Part shown: positions 1-8,848 of the stretch, in pieces
Position numbering within the stretch: the stretch's first letter is position 1
Layout: each line of letters begins with the position of its first letter
The notes under the pieces: model-generated
Told to the model about the DNA's origin: nothing
The model's input: the letters and a program-made list of their open reading frames with translations, nothing else
Database searches by the model: none
From: an uncultured Janthinobacterium sp.
Lineage (GTDB): Bacteria > Vulcanimicrobiota > Vulcanimicrobiia > Vulcanimicrobiales > Vulcanimicrobiaceae
Length of the DNA: 36,564 nucleotides
Direction: 5' to 3'
NCBI GenBank assembly: GCA_964658025.1
Contig: CAZZXB010000002.1
Location: 20,064-56,627, forward strand
Position numbers and translations under genes: made by a program

Positions 1-424
1 CGCGCGAGCCGACGTCGCGCCGGATCGACTCGCGATCGTCGGATTCTCGATGGGCGCGCTCGCGGCGCTCGATCTGATCGACCCGGAGGACGCGCACGCC
101 GCCGCGACGCCGCCGGGCGTGCGCGCCGCGGTCGCGTATTATCCGAACTGCGACGGTCGCGCGCCGGGCGTCGCGGTGCCGCTCGCGATCTTCGACGGCG
201 ACGCCGATCGCATCACGCCCGCCGCGCCGTGCGCGGCCTTCGCGAAGGCGGCCGCGGCGGCGGGGAAGCGCGTCGACCTCACGACCTATCCGGGCGCGAC
301 GCACGGCTTCCTCATTCCGGGCGAGCGCACGTTCTTCGGCGAGCCCGTCCGCTTCGATGCGGACGCCGCCGCCGATTCCGCGCGCAAGACCGCGGCCTTC
401 CTCGCGCGCTATCTCGCGCCGTGA
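1..424 (+). CDS. Dienelactone hydrolase family alpha/beta hydrolase (5' partial)
   Basis: The frame is open from the window start (DRLAIVGFSMG). It has a G-F-S-M-G nucleophile elbow, VAYYP, DADRIT (Asp) and YPGATHGF (His). Confidence 0.85.
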   Translation, partial: ARADVAPDRLAIVGFSMGALAALDLIDPEDAHAAATPPGVRAAVAYYPNCDGRAPGVAVPLAIFDGDADRITPAAPCAAFAKAAAAAGKRVDLTTYPGATHGFLIPGERTFFGEPVRFDADAAADSARKTAAFLARYLAP

Positions 425-437
425 GGCGCCGGACGCG

Positions 438-3400
438 TCAGTCTTCCGCGAGCGCGGTGCGGACGATGCGGCGTTGCTCGACCGTGTGCGCGGCGCCGTA
501 GCCTTCCGAGGTGCTCGCGCGATACGGACGACCGATGTACGCGAGATCGCGGATGCCGAACGGTAAGCGTTCGACGACGCGCCGCCGGACGTGCGCGCGC
601 GCGCCCATGTTCTGCGGCTCTTCCTGAACCCAGACGACCGACGTGAGGTTGGGATACGACTCGAGCAGGGCGATGATATCGTCGATCGGGAGCGGGGCGA
701 GTAATTCCACGCGCACGATCGCGGTCTTGCGGACGTTCGCGTACTCCTCGGCGCCGATGAGATCGTAATAGATCTTTCCGGTGCACAGGATGAGACGCTC
801 GACGGCGTCGCGATCCTGCGACGTCTTCGGATCGTCGATGACCTTGCGGAACCCGCCGCTCGCGAGCGCATCGAGCGAACCCGACGCCGCCTTCATGCGC
901 AGGAGGCTCTTCGGCGTGAACACGACGAGCGGGAGCGCCTTCGGCTGACGCGCCTGCAAGCGTAGGAGATGGAAATACTGCGCCGCGTTCGAGCAGTTCG
1001 CGATCTGGATGTTCCCCTCGGCCGAGAGCTGGAGGAAGCGTTCGATGCGCGCGCTGGAATGCTCGGGACCGCCGCCTTCGTAGCCGTGCGGTAAGAGCAG
1101 GACGAGGCGCGAACTCTCGCCCCACTTCGCGCGTCCAGCCGCGATGAACTGATCGATGATGATCTGCGCGCCGTTATTGAAGTCGCCGAATTGCGCTTCC
1201 CAGAGCACGAGCGCGTCGGGCGCTTCCACGGAGTAGCCGTACTCGAAGCCGAGACACGCGTACTCCGAGAGCGGACTGTTGTAGATCTCGATGCTCGCGC
1301 GCGAGCCCGCGAGATGCGCGATCGGCGCGTAGGTCGCGTTCGTCTTCGCGTCGTGGAACACGAGATGACGGTGCGAGAACGTGCCGCGCTGGGTGTCCTG
1401 ACCCGTCAGGCGGATCGGCGTCCCCTCGCCCAAGAGCGACGCGAGCGCGAACGATTCCGCCAGACCCCAATCGGCCTCGCCGCCCTGCGCGAACGTATCG
1501 CGCCGGCGCTCGAGTTGTCGCACGAGCTTCGGATGGATCGTGAAGTCGGCCGGGACCGCGAGCAGTTCCGCGTTCCACCCGAGCAGCGCGTCGCGCTCGA
1601 CGTTCGTCTCGAGCTTCGCGAGCGCGCCGTCGCCCTTGGGCGGGAGCGCCGCGACGTTGCCGACCCACGCGTTGCTCTTGATCCGCTCGTGCGCGGTCGT
1701 GATGCGCGTGGTCGAACTCGCGAGCATCGCGTTCGCGTCGTCCGTCGAGACGACGCCGCGCGCGATGAGTTTTTGGGCGTAGAGTTCGCGGACGGTCGGA
1801 TGCGTTTTGATCCGATCGTACATGTCGGGTTGGGTGTACGTCGGCTCGTCGGTTTCGTTGTGGCCGAAACGACGATAGCCGATGAGATCGATGATCGCGT
1901 CGTGCCCGAACCGACGCCGGAAATCGATCGCGAGATGGACGGCCGCCATGCACGCGTCCACGTCGTCCGCGTTCACGTGGACGATCGGCACGTCGAAGCC
2001 CTTCGCGAGATCGGAGGCGTAGCGCGTGGAGCGCGCGTCGCTCGGATCGGTCGTGAAACCGACTTGGTTGTTCGAGATGATGTGGATCGTGCCGCCCGTC
2101 GCGTAGCCCTCGAGCGCTTGCAGGTTGAGGACTTCCGCGACGACGCCCTGCGCCGAGAACGCCGCGTCGCCGTGGATGAGGATCGGTGCCGCGAGACCGA
2201 CGTCGAGCGTCGCCTTCGCGCCGCGACGATCCGTCTGGAGCGCGCGCGTGCGCCCTTCCACGACGCCGTCGACCGCTTCGAGATGGCTCGGATTGTTCGC
2301 GAGCACGACCGCCATGTCGCCGCTCGTCGAGTGGTACGTGCCGGTCGCGCCGTGATGGTATTTGACGTCGCCCGTGAGATCGGTCGAGCCCTCGTCGCTG
2401 CCGTGCAGATCGCCCGCTTCGAATTCCGCCAGGATCTCTTCGTACGGGCGGTTGACGACGTGCGCGATCGTCGCGAGCCGACCGCGATGCGCCATGCCGA
2501 GCACGGTCGTCTCGATGCCGTCGGCCGCGAGGAGCGTGATCATCTCCTCGAGCATCGGCACCATCACGTCGAGACCCTCGATCGAGAACGTCTTCGACCC
2601 GATGTACGTCTTGCGCAGATACCGCTCGAACGTCTCGACTTTCGTGAGCCGCTCGAGGACGTTGCGCGCCTTGTCGGGCGCGAGTTGGACGAAGTGCGCC
2701 CCCGACTCGATGTAGTCGCGCAACCATTCGCGCTGCGTGATGTTCGCGATGTGCTCGACTTCGTAGGCGATCGTCGAGCTGTACGTCTTGCGCAGTTCCG
2801 ACACGATGTCGGCGAGCGTCTCGCCCGCGACCTTCGTGCGGAAGATCGACGCGGGGATCGCCGACATCACGGACGGCGTGAGCGCGTAGCTGTGCCAATC
2901 GAGCGCGGGGTCGCCCTGCGGCGGCGTGCCGAGCGGATCGAGCGTCGCCGCGAGATGGCCGTGACGGCGGAACGACGAGAGGATCGCCATCCCGGCCGCG
3001 ACGGCGCGCAAGAGTTCGTCCGAGTAGGCTTCGAATTCGCGCGGCGCGGTCGCGGGCGCGTCGGCGACGGTCGTCGCGGGCGACGCCGCGTGCTTCGCGC
3101 TCCGCGCGGGCGCCGCGCTCGTGGCGACCGTCGACGCGTTTCCGGACGCGCGCGTCGGCACGACGCCGAGGCTCGCGAAGACCGTGTCGTAAAAATCGTC
3201 CTTGCCCGCGAGCAGATCGTCGATCCGCTTGAGGAACTCGCCCGACTGCGCGCCTTGGATGACGCGATGATCGTACGTGTTCGTGAGCGTCATCGTCTTC
3301 TCGACGCCGAGCGCGCGAAGCGCGGCGGGTTCGGCCTTCGCGAAGCCCGGCGGATACGCGATCGCGCCCGCGGCGACGATCGCACCCTGTCCGAGCGTCA

Positions 3401-4880
3401 GCCGCGGGACCGACGCGACCGTCCCGATGCCGCCCGGATTCGTGAGCGTGATGCTCGCACCCGAGAGATCGTTCGCCGCGAGCTTGCCGTCGCGCGCCTT
3501 CGCGATCGCCGCTTCGTACGCGGTGCGGAACGCGGCGAAATCGAGCGCGGCCGCGCCTTTGATGACGGGCACCACGAGAAAGCGCGAGCCGTCCTTGCGT
3601 TCCGTATCGACCGCGATGCCGATGTTGATGGGATTTTCGACGCGCGTCGCCGTCTCGCCGTCGCGCCGAAAGCTCGTCGCGATCTGCGGCGCTTCCCGCG
3701 CCGCGCGGACGATCGCGAACGCGATGAGATGCGTGAACGAGATCTTCTCGGTCCGACCCGCGCTCTTGAGCGCGGCGTTGAGTTCGCTCCGACGCGCTTC
3801 CATGAGCGAGACGCCGAGCGTGCGGAAACTCGTCGCCGTCGGGATCGTGAGGCTCTGATCCATCGCGGTCGCGAGTGCCGCCGCGGGGCCCTTGATCGGC
3901 GTCGCCTTCGCGTCGGTGGGGAGCGGCGCCGCGGGGGCCGGCGGTTTTTTCGGCGCGCCGTTCGAACCGGACGCGGCGTGCTCGGACCAGTGGAGCGCGG
4001 CGGCGAGCACGTCCTCGATGAGGATCATCCCGCCCGGGCCGGTTCCGGCGACCGTCGAGAGATCGAGGTGCGCGCGTTCCGCGCGGCGCTGCGCGCGATG
4101 CGACGCGACCCCGCCGAGCTTCCCGTTCGCCGTCCCGTTGCTGCGGGGGGCGCCGTTCGCGGCGGCGTTCGGTGCGGCGGGCGCGCCGTAGGACGATGGA
4201 ACCGGCGGGGCGAGCGCCGCGGCCGAGGCGGGCGCCGTCGCGGCGGGTGCGGAGACGCCGTCCGGACGACGGCCGTTCGTGTCGATCTCGACGAGGACGG
4301 CGCCGACCGCGAGCGTCGCGCCCTCGGCCGCGCCGAGATTCGCAACGACGCCCGATTCCGGCGCGGGGACCTCGACGTCGACCTTATCGGTCGTCACGTC
4401 GACGAGCGTCGCGCCGGCCTCGATCCAGTCGCCGGGCTTCACGCGCCACGCGACGATCGATCCCTCGGTCACGGATTCGCCCATCTCCGGGAGCGGGACG
4501 CGCAAGATCGCGGGCGTCCGCGGAGCGTCGTTCGCGCCCGCGGCGATCGCCGCGACCCCTTCGTCCGCGCGCGCGTGCGTCGCGACGCCCGGAGGCGCCG
4601 TCGCGGGCGTCGCCGCGCCGTTCGGCTTCGCCGCGTCCGTATCGATCTCGGCGAGGATCGCACCGACGGCGACCGTCGCGCCTTCCTCGGCGCCGAGTCG
4701 CGCGACGACGCCCGACGCCGGGGCCGGGACTTCGACGTCGACCTTGTCGGTCGTCACGTCGACGAGCGTCGCGCCTTCGTCGATCCAGTCGCCCGGCTTC
4801 ACGCGCCATTCGACGATCGAGCCTTCGGTGACCGACTCGCCCATCTCGGGTAGCGCGACCTTCACGAGCGTTTCAGCCAC
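438..4880 (-). CDS. kgd: Multifunctional 2-oxoglutarate dehydrogenase: 2 lipoyl domains + linker/PSBD + succinyltransferase (E2) + ThDP-dependent E1 (Kgd/OdhA-like)
   Basis: Two VTTDKVDVEVPAP lipoyl motifs; PSBD-like VAGTGPGGMILIEDV; E2 YDHRVIQG; E1 GMAHRGR, NPSHLE, HGDAAF..NNQVGFTT, YRRFGHNE, WEAQFGDF, PHGYEG.GPEHSSAR. Confidence 0.95.
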   Translation of the reverse strand: MAETLVKVALPEMGESVTEGSIVEWRVKPGDWIDEGATLVDVTTDKVDVEVPAPASGVVARLGAEEGATVAVGAILAEIDTDAAKPNGAATPATAPPGVATHARADEGVAAIAAGANDAPRTPAILRVPLPEMGESVTEGSIVAWRVKPGDWIEAGATLVDVTTDKVDVEVPAPESGVVANLGAAEGATLAVGAVLVEIDTNGRRPDGVSAPAATAPASAAALAPPVPSSYGAPAAPNAAANGAPRSNGTANGKLGGVASHRAQRRAERAHLDLSTVAGTGPGGMILIEDVLAAALHWSEHAASGSNGAPKKPPAPAAPLPTDAKATPIKGPAAALATAMDQSLTIPTATSFRTLGVSLMEARRSELNAALKSAGRTEKISFTHLIAFAIVRAAREAPQIATSFRRDGETATRVENPINIGIAVDTERKDGSRFLVVPVIKGAAALDFAAFRTAYEAAIAKARDGKLAANDLSGASITLTNPGGIGTVASVPRLTLGQGAIVAAGAIAYPPGFAKAEPAALRALGVEKTMTLTNTYDHRVIQGAQSGEFLKRIDDLLAGKDDFYDTVFASLGVVPTRASGNASTVATSAAPARSAKHAASPATTVADAPATAPREFEAYSDELLRAVAAGMAILSSFRRHGHLAATLDPLGTPPQGDPALDWHSYALTPSVMSAIPASIFRTKVAGETLADIVSELRKTYSSTIAYEVEHIANITQREWLRDYIESGAHFVQLAPDKARNVLERLTKVETFERYLRKTYIGSKTFSIEGLDVMVPMLEEMITLLAADGIETTVLGMAHRGRLATIAHVVNRPYEEILAEFEAGDLHGSDEGSTDLTGDVKYHHGATGTYHSTSGDMAVVLANNPSHLEAVDGVVEGRTRALQTDRRGAKATLDVGLAAPILIHGDAAFSAQGVVAEVLNLQALEGYATGGTIHIISNNQVGFTTDPSDARSTRYASDLAKGFDVPIVHVNADDVDACMAAVHLAIDFRRRFGHDAIIDLIGYRRFGHNETDEPTYTQPDMYDRIKTHPTVRELYAQKLIARGVVSTDDANAMLASSTTRITTAHERIKSNAWVGNVAALPPKGDGALAKLETNVERDALLGWNAELLAVPADFTIHPKLVRQLERRRDTFAQGGEADWGLAESFALASLLGEGTPIRLTGQDTQRGTFSHRHLVFHDAKTNATYAPIAHLAGSRASIEIYNSPLSEYACLGFEYGYSVEAPDALVLWEAQFGDFNNGAQIIIDQFIAAGRAKWGESSRLVLLLPHGYEGGGPEHSSARIERFLQLSAEGNIQIANCSNAAQYFHLLRLQARQPKALPLVVFTPKSLLRMKAASGSLDALASGGFRKVIDDPKTSQDRDAVERLILCTGKIYYDLIGAEEYANVRKTAIVRVELLAPLPIDDIIALLESYPNLTSVVWVQEEPQNMGARAHVRRRVVERLPFGIRDLAYIGRPYRASTSEGYGAAHTVEQRRIVRTALAED
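4272..4870 (-). repeat. Internal duplication encoding two lipoyl domains, period 360 nt
   Basis: 4441 acgcgccacgcgacgatcga aligns with 4801 acgcgccattcgacgatcga, and gtcgtcacgtcgacgagcgtcgcgcc occurs in both copies. Confidence 0.9.
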
Positions 4881-4909
4881 GTCGGAATCTCTCGGCTCTC
4901 ATCCAGAAG

Positions 4910-4915
4910 ATAGTA
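4910..4915 (-). promoter_or_regulatory. Putative -10 box (TACTAT) of kgd
   Basis: TAnnnT hexamer in a locally AT-rich patch about 30 nt upstream of the GTG start. No clear -35. Confidence 0.4.
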
Positions 4916-5091
4916 ACCCCGAACGCAACCCATCAGGTGCGTTATCGGTCGCTCTCGCGACGCGCGAAGCACCACGATCCCTTCACGAATCGGACGCGTC
5001 GCGGCGCGCGACCGTCGATCGCGAGGAGCGATGCGCGGACGGCGTCCGCTCGAACGCCCCGACGCGTCATCGCGAACGTCGTTCTCTCTCT

Positions 5092-5178
5092 TGGTGCCCA
5101 GGAAGGGACTCGAACCCCCACGACCTTGCGGCCACTGATACCTGAAACCAGCGCGTCTACCAATTCCGCCACCAGGGC
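5092..5178 (-). tRNA. tRNA-Leu (anticodon CAG)
   Basis: Reverse complement reads GCCCTGGTGGCGGAATTGGTAGACGCGCTGGTTTCAGGTATCAG...GGTTCGAGTCCCTTCCTGGGCACCA: D-loop GG, CAG anticodon, long variable arm, TTCGA and encoded CCA. Confidence 0.97.
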
Positions 5179-5229
5179 AAGAGTCGCGCCGTTCGTCGCC
5201 TCGGACGCGACTCCCCCGCCGACGCGAAC

Positions 5230-5985
5230 CTAGCGGACGTACGACGCGCCGTTCACGTCGATCGTCGTCCCCGTCGCGTAGTCGGCACCGCCGCCGAGAA
5301 GAAACGCGACGATGCCCGCCACCTCGTCCGGCGTCCCGATGCGACCGCTCGGGATCTCCGCTCGGATCGCGTCGCCGCCCTCCGCGATCGCGCGTTCCGC
5401 CATATCGGTCGCGATGAATCCCGGCGCGACGTTGAACGCGACGATGCCGTGGCGCGCGCGACTGCGCGCGAGCGAACGCGTGAGGTTCGCGAGGGCGGCC
5501 TTACTCGCACCGTAGTCGGCGAAATCGAGCTCCCCGCGATGCGCGGCCCGCGACGTCACGTTGACGATCCGTCCGCGCACGCCCGTCGCGTTCGGCGCGT
5601 TGTCGCGCATCGCGCGGAGCGCGTACCAGATCGCATCGGCCGCGGCGAAGAGGTTCACGTCGAACGTCCGTCGCCAGCCGACGCGCCACGCGTCGACGTC
5701 GTCGCCGTCGAACGGATTGGCGGCGTAGATCCCGGCATTGTTCACGAGCGCGTCGATCCGGCCGAATCGCGCGAGGCAGGCGGCGACGGCTCCCTCGGTC
5801 GCTCCCGGCTCCGCGAGATCGCACGCGTACGCCGCCGTGCGTTCCGGACCGACCTCCGCGACGAGCGTTCGCGCGGCGTCGTGCGACGTCGCGTAGGTGA
5901 AGAAGACGTCGGCTCGCGCCGCGCGGGACGCGCGAACGATCGCGGCGCCGATTCCGCGCGATCCGCCGGTAACGAGAACGACCAT
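5230..5985 (-). CDS. Short-chain dehydrogenase/reductase
   Basis: TGGSRGIG, NNAG and YGASK motifs. The real start is likely the ATG at 5985 rather than the extended ORF-track start. Confidence 0.92.
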   Translation of the reverse strand: MVVLVTGGSRGIGAAIVRASRAARADVFFTYATSHDAARTLVAEVGPERTAAYACDLAEPGATEGAVAACLARFGRIDALVNNAGIYAANPFDGDDVDAWRVGWRRTFDVNLFAAADAIWYALRAMRDNAPNATGVRGRIVNVTSRAAHRGELDFADYGASKAALANLTRSLARSRARHGIVAFNVAPGFIATDMAERAIAEGGDAIRAEIPSGRIGTPDEVAGIVAFLLGGGADYATGTTIDVNGASYVR

Positions 5986-6060
5986 GGCGAAGGGATTCCA
6001 CGACGACGCGGGCGCACCCCGAGACGTGTCGTCGCTCACAGTTTCGTTCCGGTCGGCCGT

Positions 6061-6084
6061 GTTTCGCGAAGGCCGCACGGGTAC
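6061..6084 (+). promoter_or_regulatory. SigB-type promoter candidate GTTTCG-N12-GGGTAC
   Basis: Matches the SigB consensus GTTTAA-N12-14-GGGWAW and lies 75 nt upstream of the epimerase ATG. Confidence 0.5.
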
Positions 6085-6159
6085 GAGTTTGTGATATACC
6101 GCAAGGACGCGGCGCGACTGTGCGAGCCCCGTCCGACCAAACCGATGATGAGTAGAGAC

Positions 6160-7047
6160 ATGAACGTGTTGATCATTGGGGCGACGGGCTATATCGGTAC
6201 CTCCGTCGACGAAGCGCTCGCGCGCCGCGGCCACAAGGTCGTCGGCATCGCGCGCAGCGAGACCGCCGCGGCGCGCCTCTCGGCGCGAGGCACGACGTAC
6301 GTGCAGGCGGACGTCTCGCGTCCGCAGAGTCTCGTCGATGCGATCAAGGCCGCCGACGCCGTCGTCTACGCCGTCCAAATCACCGACGCCGATCCCTGGA
6401 ACGTCGACCAGAAGGCGCTCAAGCAGATCGCGAAGGCGCTCGCCGGGTCCGAGAAGACCTTCGTCTACGTGAGCGGCGCGTGGATCTACGGATCGACGGG
6501 CCCCGCCCCCGTCGGCGAGAACGCGCCGCTCCACCCGCCGCCGTTCGTCGCGCGACGCATCGAACTCGAACGTCAATCGCTCGACATGAGCCGCATCGGC
6601 ATCCGCGCGATCAACATCCGTCCCGGCATCGTCTACGGTAAGGGCGCCGGCATCGCGTCGATGTTCGTGCAGGCCGCGCGCGAGCGCGGCGCGGCGACGA
6701 TCCTCGGCGAAGGCGAGAACCACTGGGCGACGATCGACGTGAACGATCTCGGCGAGCTCATCGCGCTCGCCGTCGAACGCGGCCGTCCGGGCCGCGCGTA
6801 CAACGCGGTCAACGACGACGCGTTCACGATGCGCGAGATCGCCGAAGCGGCGAGCCGCGGCGCGGGGACGGGCGGCGCGCTCAACATCGCGCCCGAATCG
6901 ATGATGGGTCAGTACGGCGAGTGTCTGCGACTCGACCAACGGATCGACGCGGCGCGCGCGAAATCCGATCTCGAGTGGTCCGCGACGCGACCGTCGATCG
7001 TGGAAGATCTCGAACGCGGGAGCTATCAAGAGGCTGCCGTCGCCTGA
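6160..7047 (+). CDS. NAD-dependent epimerase/dehydratase family (atypical SDR)
   Basis: MNVLIIGATGYIG Rossmann motif, IRPGIVYG, IDVNDLGEL, AYNAV. Confidence 0.9.
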   Translation: MNVLIIGATGYIGTSVDEALARRGHKVVGIARSETAAARLSARGTTYVQADVSRPQSLVDAIKAADAVVYAVQITDADPWNVDQKALKQIAKALAGSEKTFVYVSGAWIYGSTGPAPVGENAPLHPPPFVARRIELERQSLDMSRIGIRAINIRPGIVYGKGAGIASMFVQAARERGAATILGEGENHWATIDVNDLGELIALAVERGRPGRAYNAVNDDAFTMREIAEAASRGAGTGGALNIAPESMMGQYGECLRLDQRIDAARAKSDLEWSATRPSIVEDLERGSYQEAAVA

Positions 7048-7066
7048 TCGTCGCACGCACCGTACG

Positions 7067-7522
7067 ATGCGTGACGGGTACTTCGAAGATTGGACGGTCG
7101 GCGAGCGGTTGGAGACGGGCTCGCTCGTCGTCACGCGCGAGAGCGTGCTGGCGTTCGCGCGCGATTACGATCCGCAGCCGTTCCATCTCGACGATGCGGC
7201 CGCGGCGGCGTCGATGTTCGGCAAGCTCGCCGCGAGCGGCTGGCAGACCGCGAGCATCGCGATGCGCCTGCTCGTCGATGCCGGGGTGTTCACGGGTCGC
7301 GGCGGCGTGGGTCTCGGCGTCGACGATCTGCGCTGGTCGCGGCCCGTGTATCCGGGCGACGCGCTGCGCGTCGTCGCCGAGATCGTCGACAAACGCTCGT
7401 CGTCGGGCGACAAACCGACGGGCATCGTTCGTTTCAAGAACACGACGTACAATCAAGACGACGTCGTCGTGATGACGCACGTCGCGATCGCCCTCGTTCC
7501 CAAGCGCCCGGCGACCTCCTGA
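7067..7522 (+). CDS. MaoC family dehydratase
   Basis: YFED..VG, YDPQPFHLD, ASGWQT, LRWSRPVYPGD, NQDD.VV. Confidence 0.92.
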   Translation: MRDGYFEDWTVGERLETGSLVVTRESVLAFARDYDPQPFHLDDAAAAASMFGKLAASGWQTASIAMRLLVDAGVFTGRGGVGLGVDDLRWSRPVYPGDALRVVAEIVDKRSSSGDKPTGIVRFKNTTYNQDDVVVMTHVAIALVPKRPATS

Positions 7523-7562
7523 TCGGCGCTCCCGCCCGCGGATCGCGGGCGCGGTAGCCGCG

Positions 7563-8738
7563 GTGTTCGCGCGACTCTTACCGATCCTCGGGATCACGTT
7601 CGTCGACATCCTCGGCTTCAGCATCCTCTTGCCGATCTTGCCGTATTACGTCAAGCATTTCGGTGCGTCGACGCTCGTCGTCGGCGTGCTCTTCTCGACG
7701 TTCGCGCTCTGCCAGTTCGTCGCGAGCCCGCTCTGGGGCAACCTCAGCGATCGGATCGGGCGCAAGACCGTGCTCGTCGTCTCGCAGATCGGCGCGACGA
7801 TCGCGTGGCTGATGCTCGCGTTCGCGCCGACGCTCGCGTGGGTCTTCGCGGCGCGCATCCTCGAGGGACTCTCGGGCGGAAACATCAGCGTGACGCAGGC
7901 GTACGTCGCCGATCGCGTGGAGCCCGAAGAGCGCTCGCGCGCCTTCGCGTTCGTCGGTGCGGCCTTCTCCGCGGGGCTCGTGCTCGGTCCGGCGGCGGGC
8001 GGATTGCTGCTCGCGCGATTCGGTTACGCGGTGCCGTTCCTGCTCGCGGCGGGTCTCCAAGTCATCACGTTGTCGCTCACGATCTTTCTGCTCCCGGAGA
8101 CCGTCGCGGAACGCGCGGAGAGTTCCGAACCCGCGCGCGTCTCCGACATCTTCCGGTTGCTCCGCGACGAGCGCGTCGCGCCCGTGCTCGTGCAGCGGCT
8201 CGCGTATTCGCTCGGGCTCTACGCATGGTTTTCCGTCTACGCGCTCGTCCTCGGCATCGTGACGGGACTCGGACCCGAGGGGACGAGTTTCTACTTCGCG
8301 TTCTTCGGGATCGCGAGCGTCGTGTGTCAGCTCGCGATCGTCGGGCGACTCGTCGACCGCGTCGGTCCGCGCGTCGCCTCGAATCTCGGATTCGTCGCGA
8401 TCTTCGCGTACTTCGTCGCGACGCCGTTCGTGCACGATCGCATCGCGCTCGGCGCCGTGCAGATCCTCTTCGCGTTCGGCCTCTCCGTATCGAACGCGAC
8501 GCTCGCGGCGTTACTGACCGACGGCTCGCCCGCGCCCGTGCGCGGCACGATCCTCGGCGTCGGCGCCTCGCTCGACGCGGTCGCGGGCGTCGCGATCCCG
8601 ACGATCGCGACCGCCGTTCTCGCGCGGTACGGCGCGCCGTGGGCCGGCGCGATCCCGGCGCTCTTCTGCGCGAGCGCGCTCGCCCTCGGCATCGTCGCGA
8701 TGCGCCGCCCGACGCCGCTCGCGGAGCGCGAGGGATGA
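7563..8738 (+). CDS. MFS transporter (DHA1/TetA-like)
   Basis: Motif A GNLSDRIGRK, ARILEG, GLVLGPAAGG, and about 12 hydrophobic segments. Confidence 0.93.
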   Translation: MFARLLPILGITFVDILGFSILLPILPYYVKHFGASTLVVGVLFSTFALCQFVASPLWGNLSDRIGRKTVLVVSQIGATIAWLMLAFAPTLAWVFAARILEGLSGGNISVTQAYVADRVEPEERSRAFAFVGAAFSAGLVLGPAAGGLLLARFGYAVPFLLAAGLQVITLSLTIFLLPETVAERAESSEPARVSDIFRLLRDERVAPVLVQRLAYSLGLYAWFSVYALVLGIVTGLGPEGTSFYFAFFGIASVVCQLAIVGRLVDRVGPRVASNLGFVAIFAYFVATPFVHDRIALGAVQILFAFGLSVSNATLAALLTDGSPAPVRGTILGVGASLDAVAGVAIPTIATAVLARYGAPWAGAIPALFCASALALGIVAMRRPTPLAEREG

Positions 8739-8748
8739 GCGCGGGCGC

Positions 8749-8775
8749 GCGATCGTTCGCGAGCCAAACGATCGC
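8749..8775. terminator. Hairpin between convergent MFS and acyl-CoA dehydrogenase genes
   Basis: gcgatcgtt-cgcgagcca-aacgatcgc forms a 9-bp inverted repeat. There is no U-tract. Confidence 0.35.
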
Positions 8776-8848
8776 CCGAGACGCGCCGTACCCGGCGAGC
8801 GTCGGACGAACGGCTCCGGCCCGCGCGCTACGGGTCGGCGCTTCGCGC

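Noticed and set aside
1191..4853. 1220-aa plus-strand ORF and many other long overlapping ORFs across the window
   Set aside because: These are antisense or frame shadows of real genes, expected at high GC. They are Arg/Ala-rich and carry no motifs.
4881..5091. Integrated element at the tRNA-Leu 3' end, or an ncRNA in the spacer
   Set aside because: There is no integrase and I saw no duplicated tRNA 3' end. The spacer's inverted repeats are made of cgcg/tcgcga words that are ubiquitous here.
5986..7134. 634-aa SDR and 532-aa epimerase ORFs as fusions or long overlaps
   Set aside because: The extensions are shadows of the divergent partner gene. The Rossmann motifs begin right at ATG 5985 and ATG 6160.
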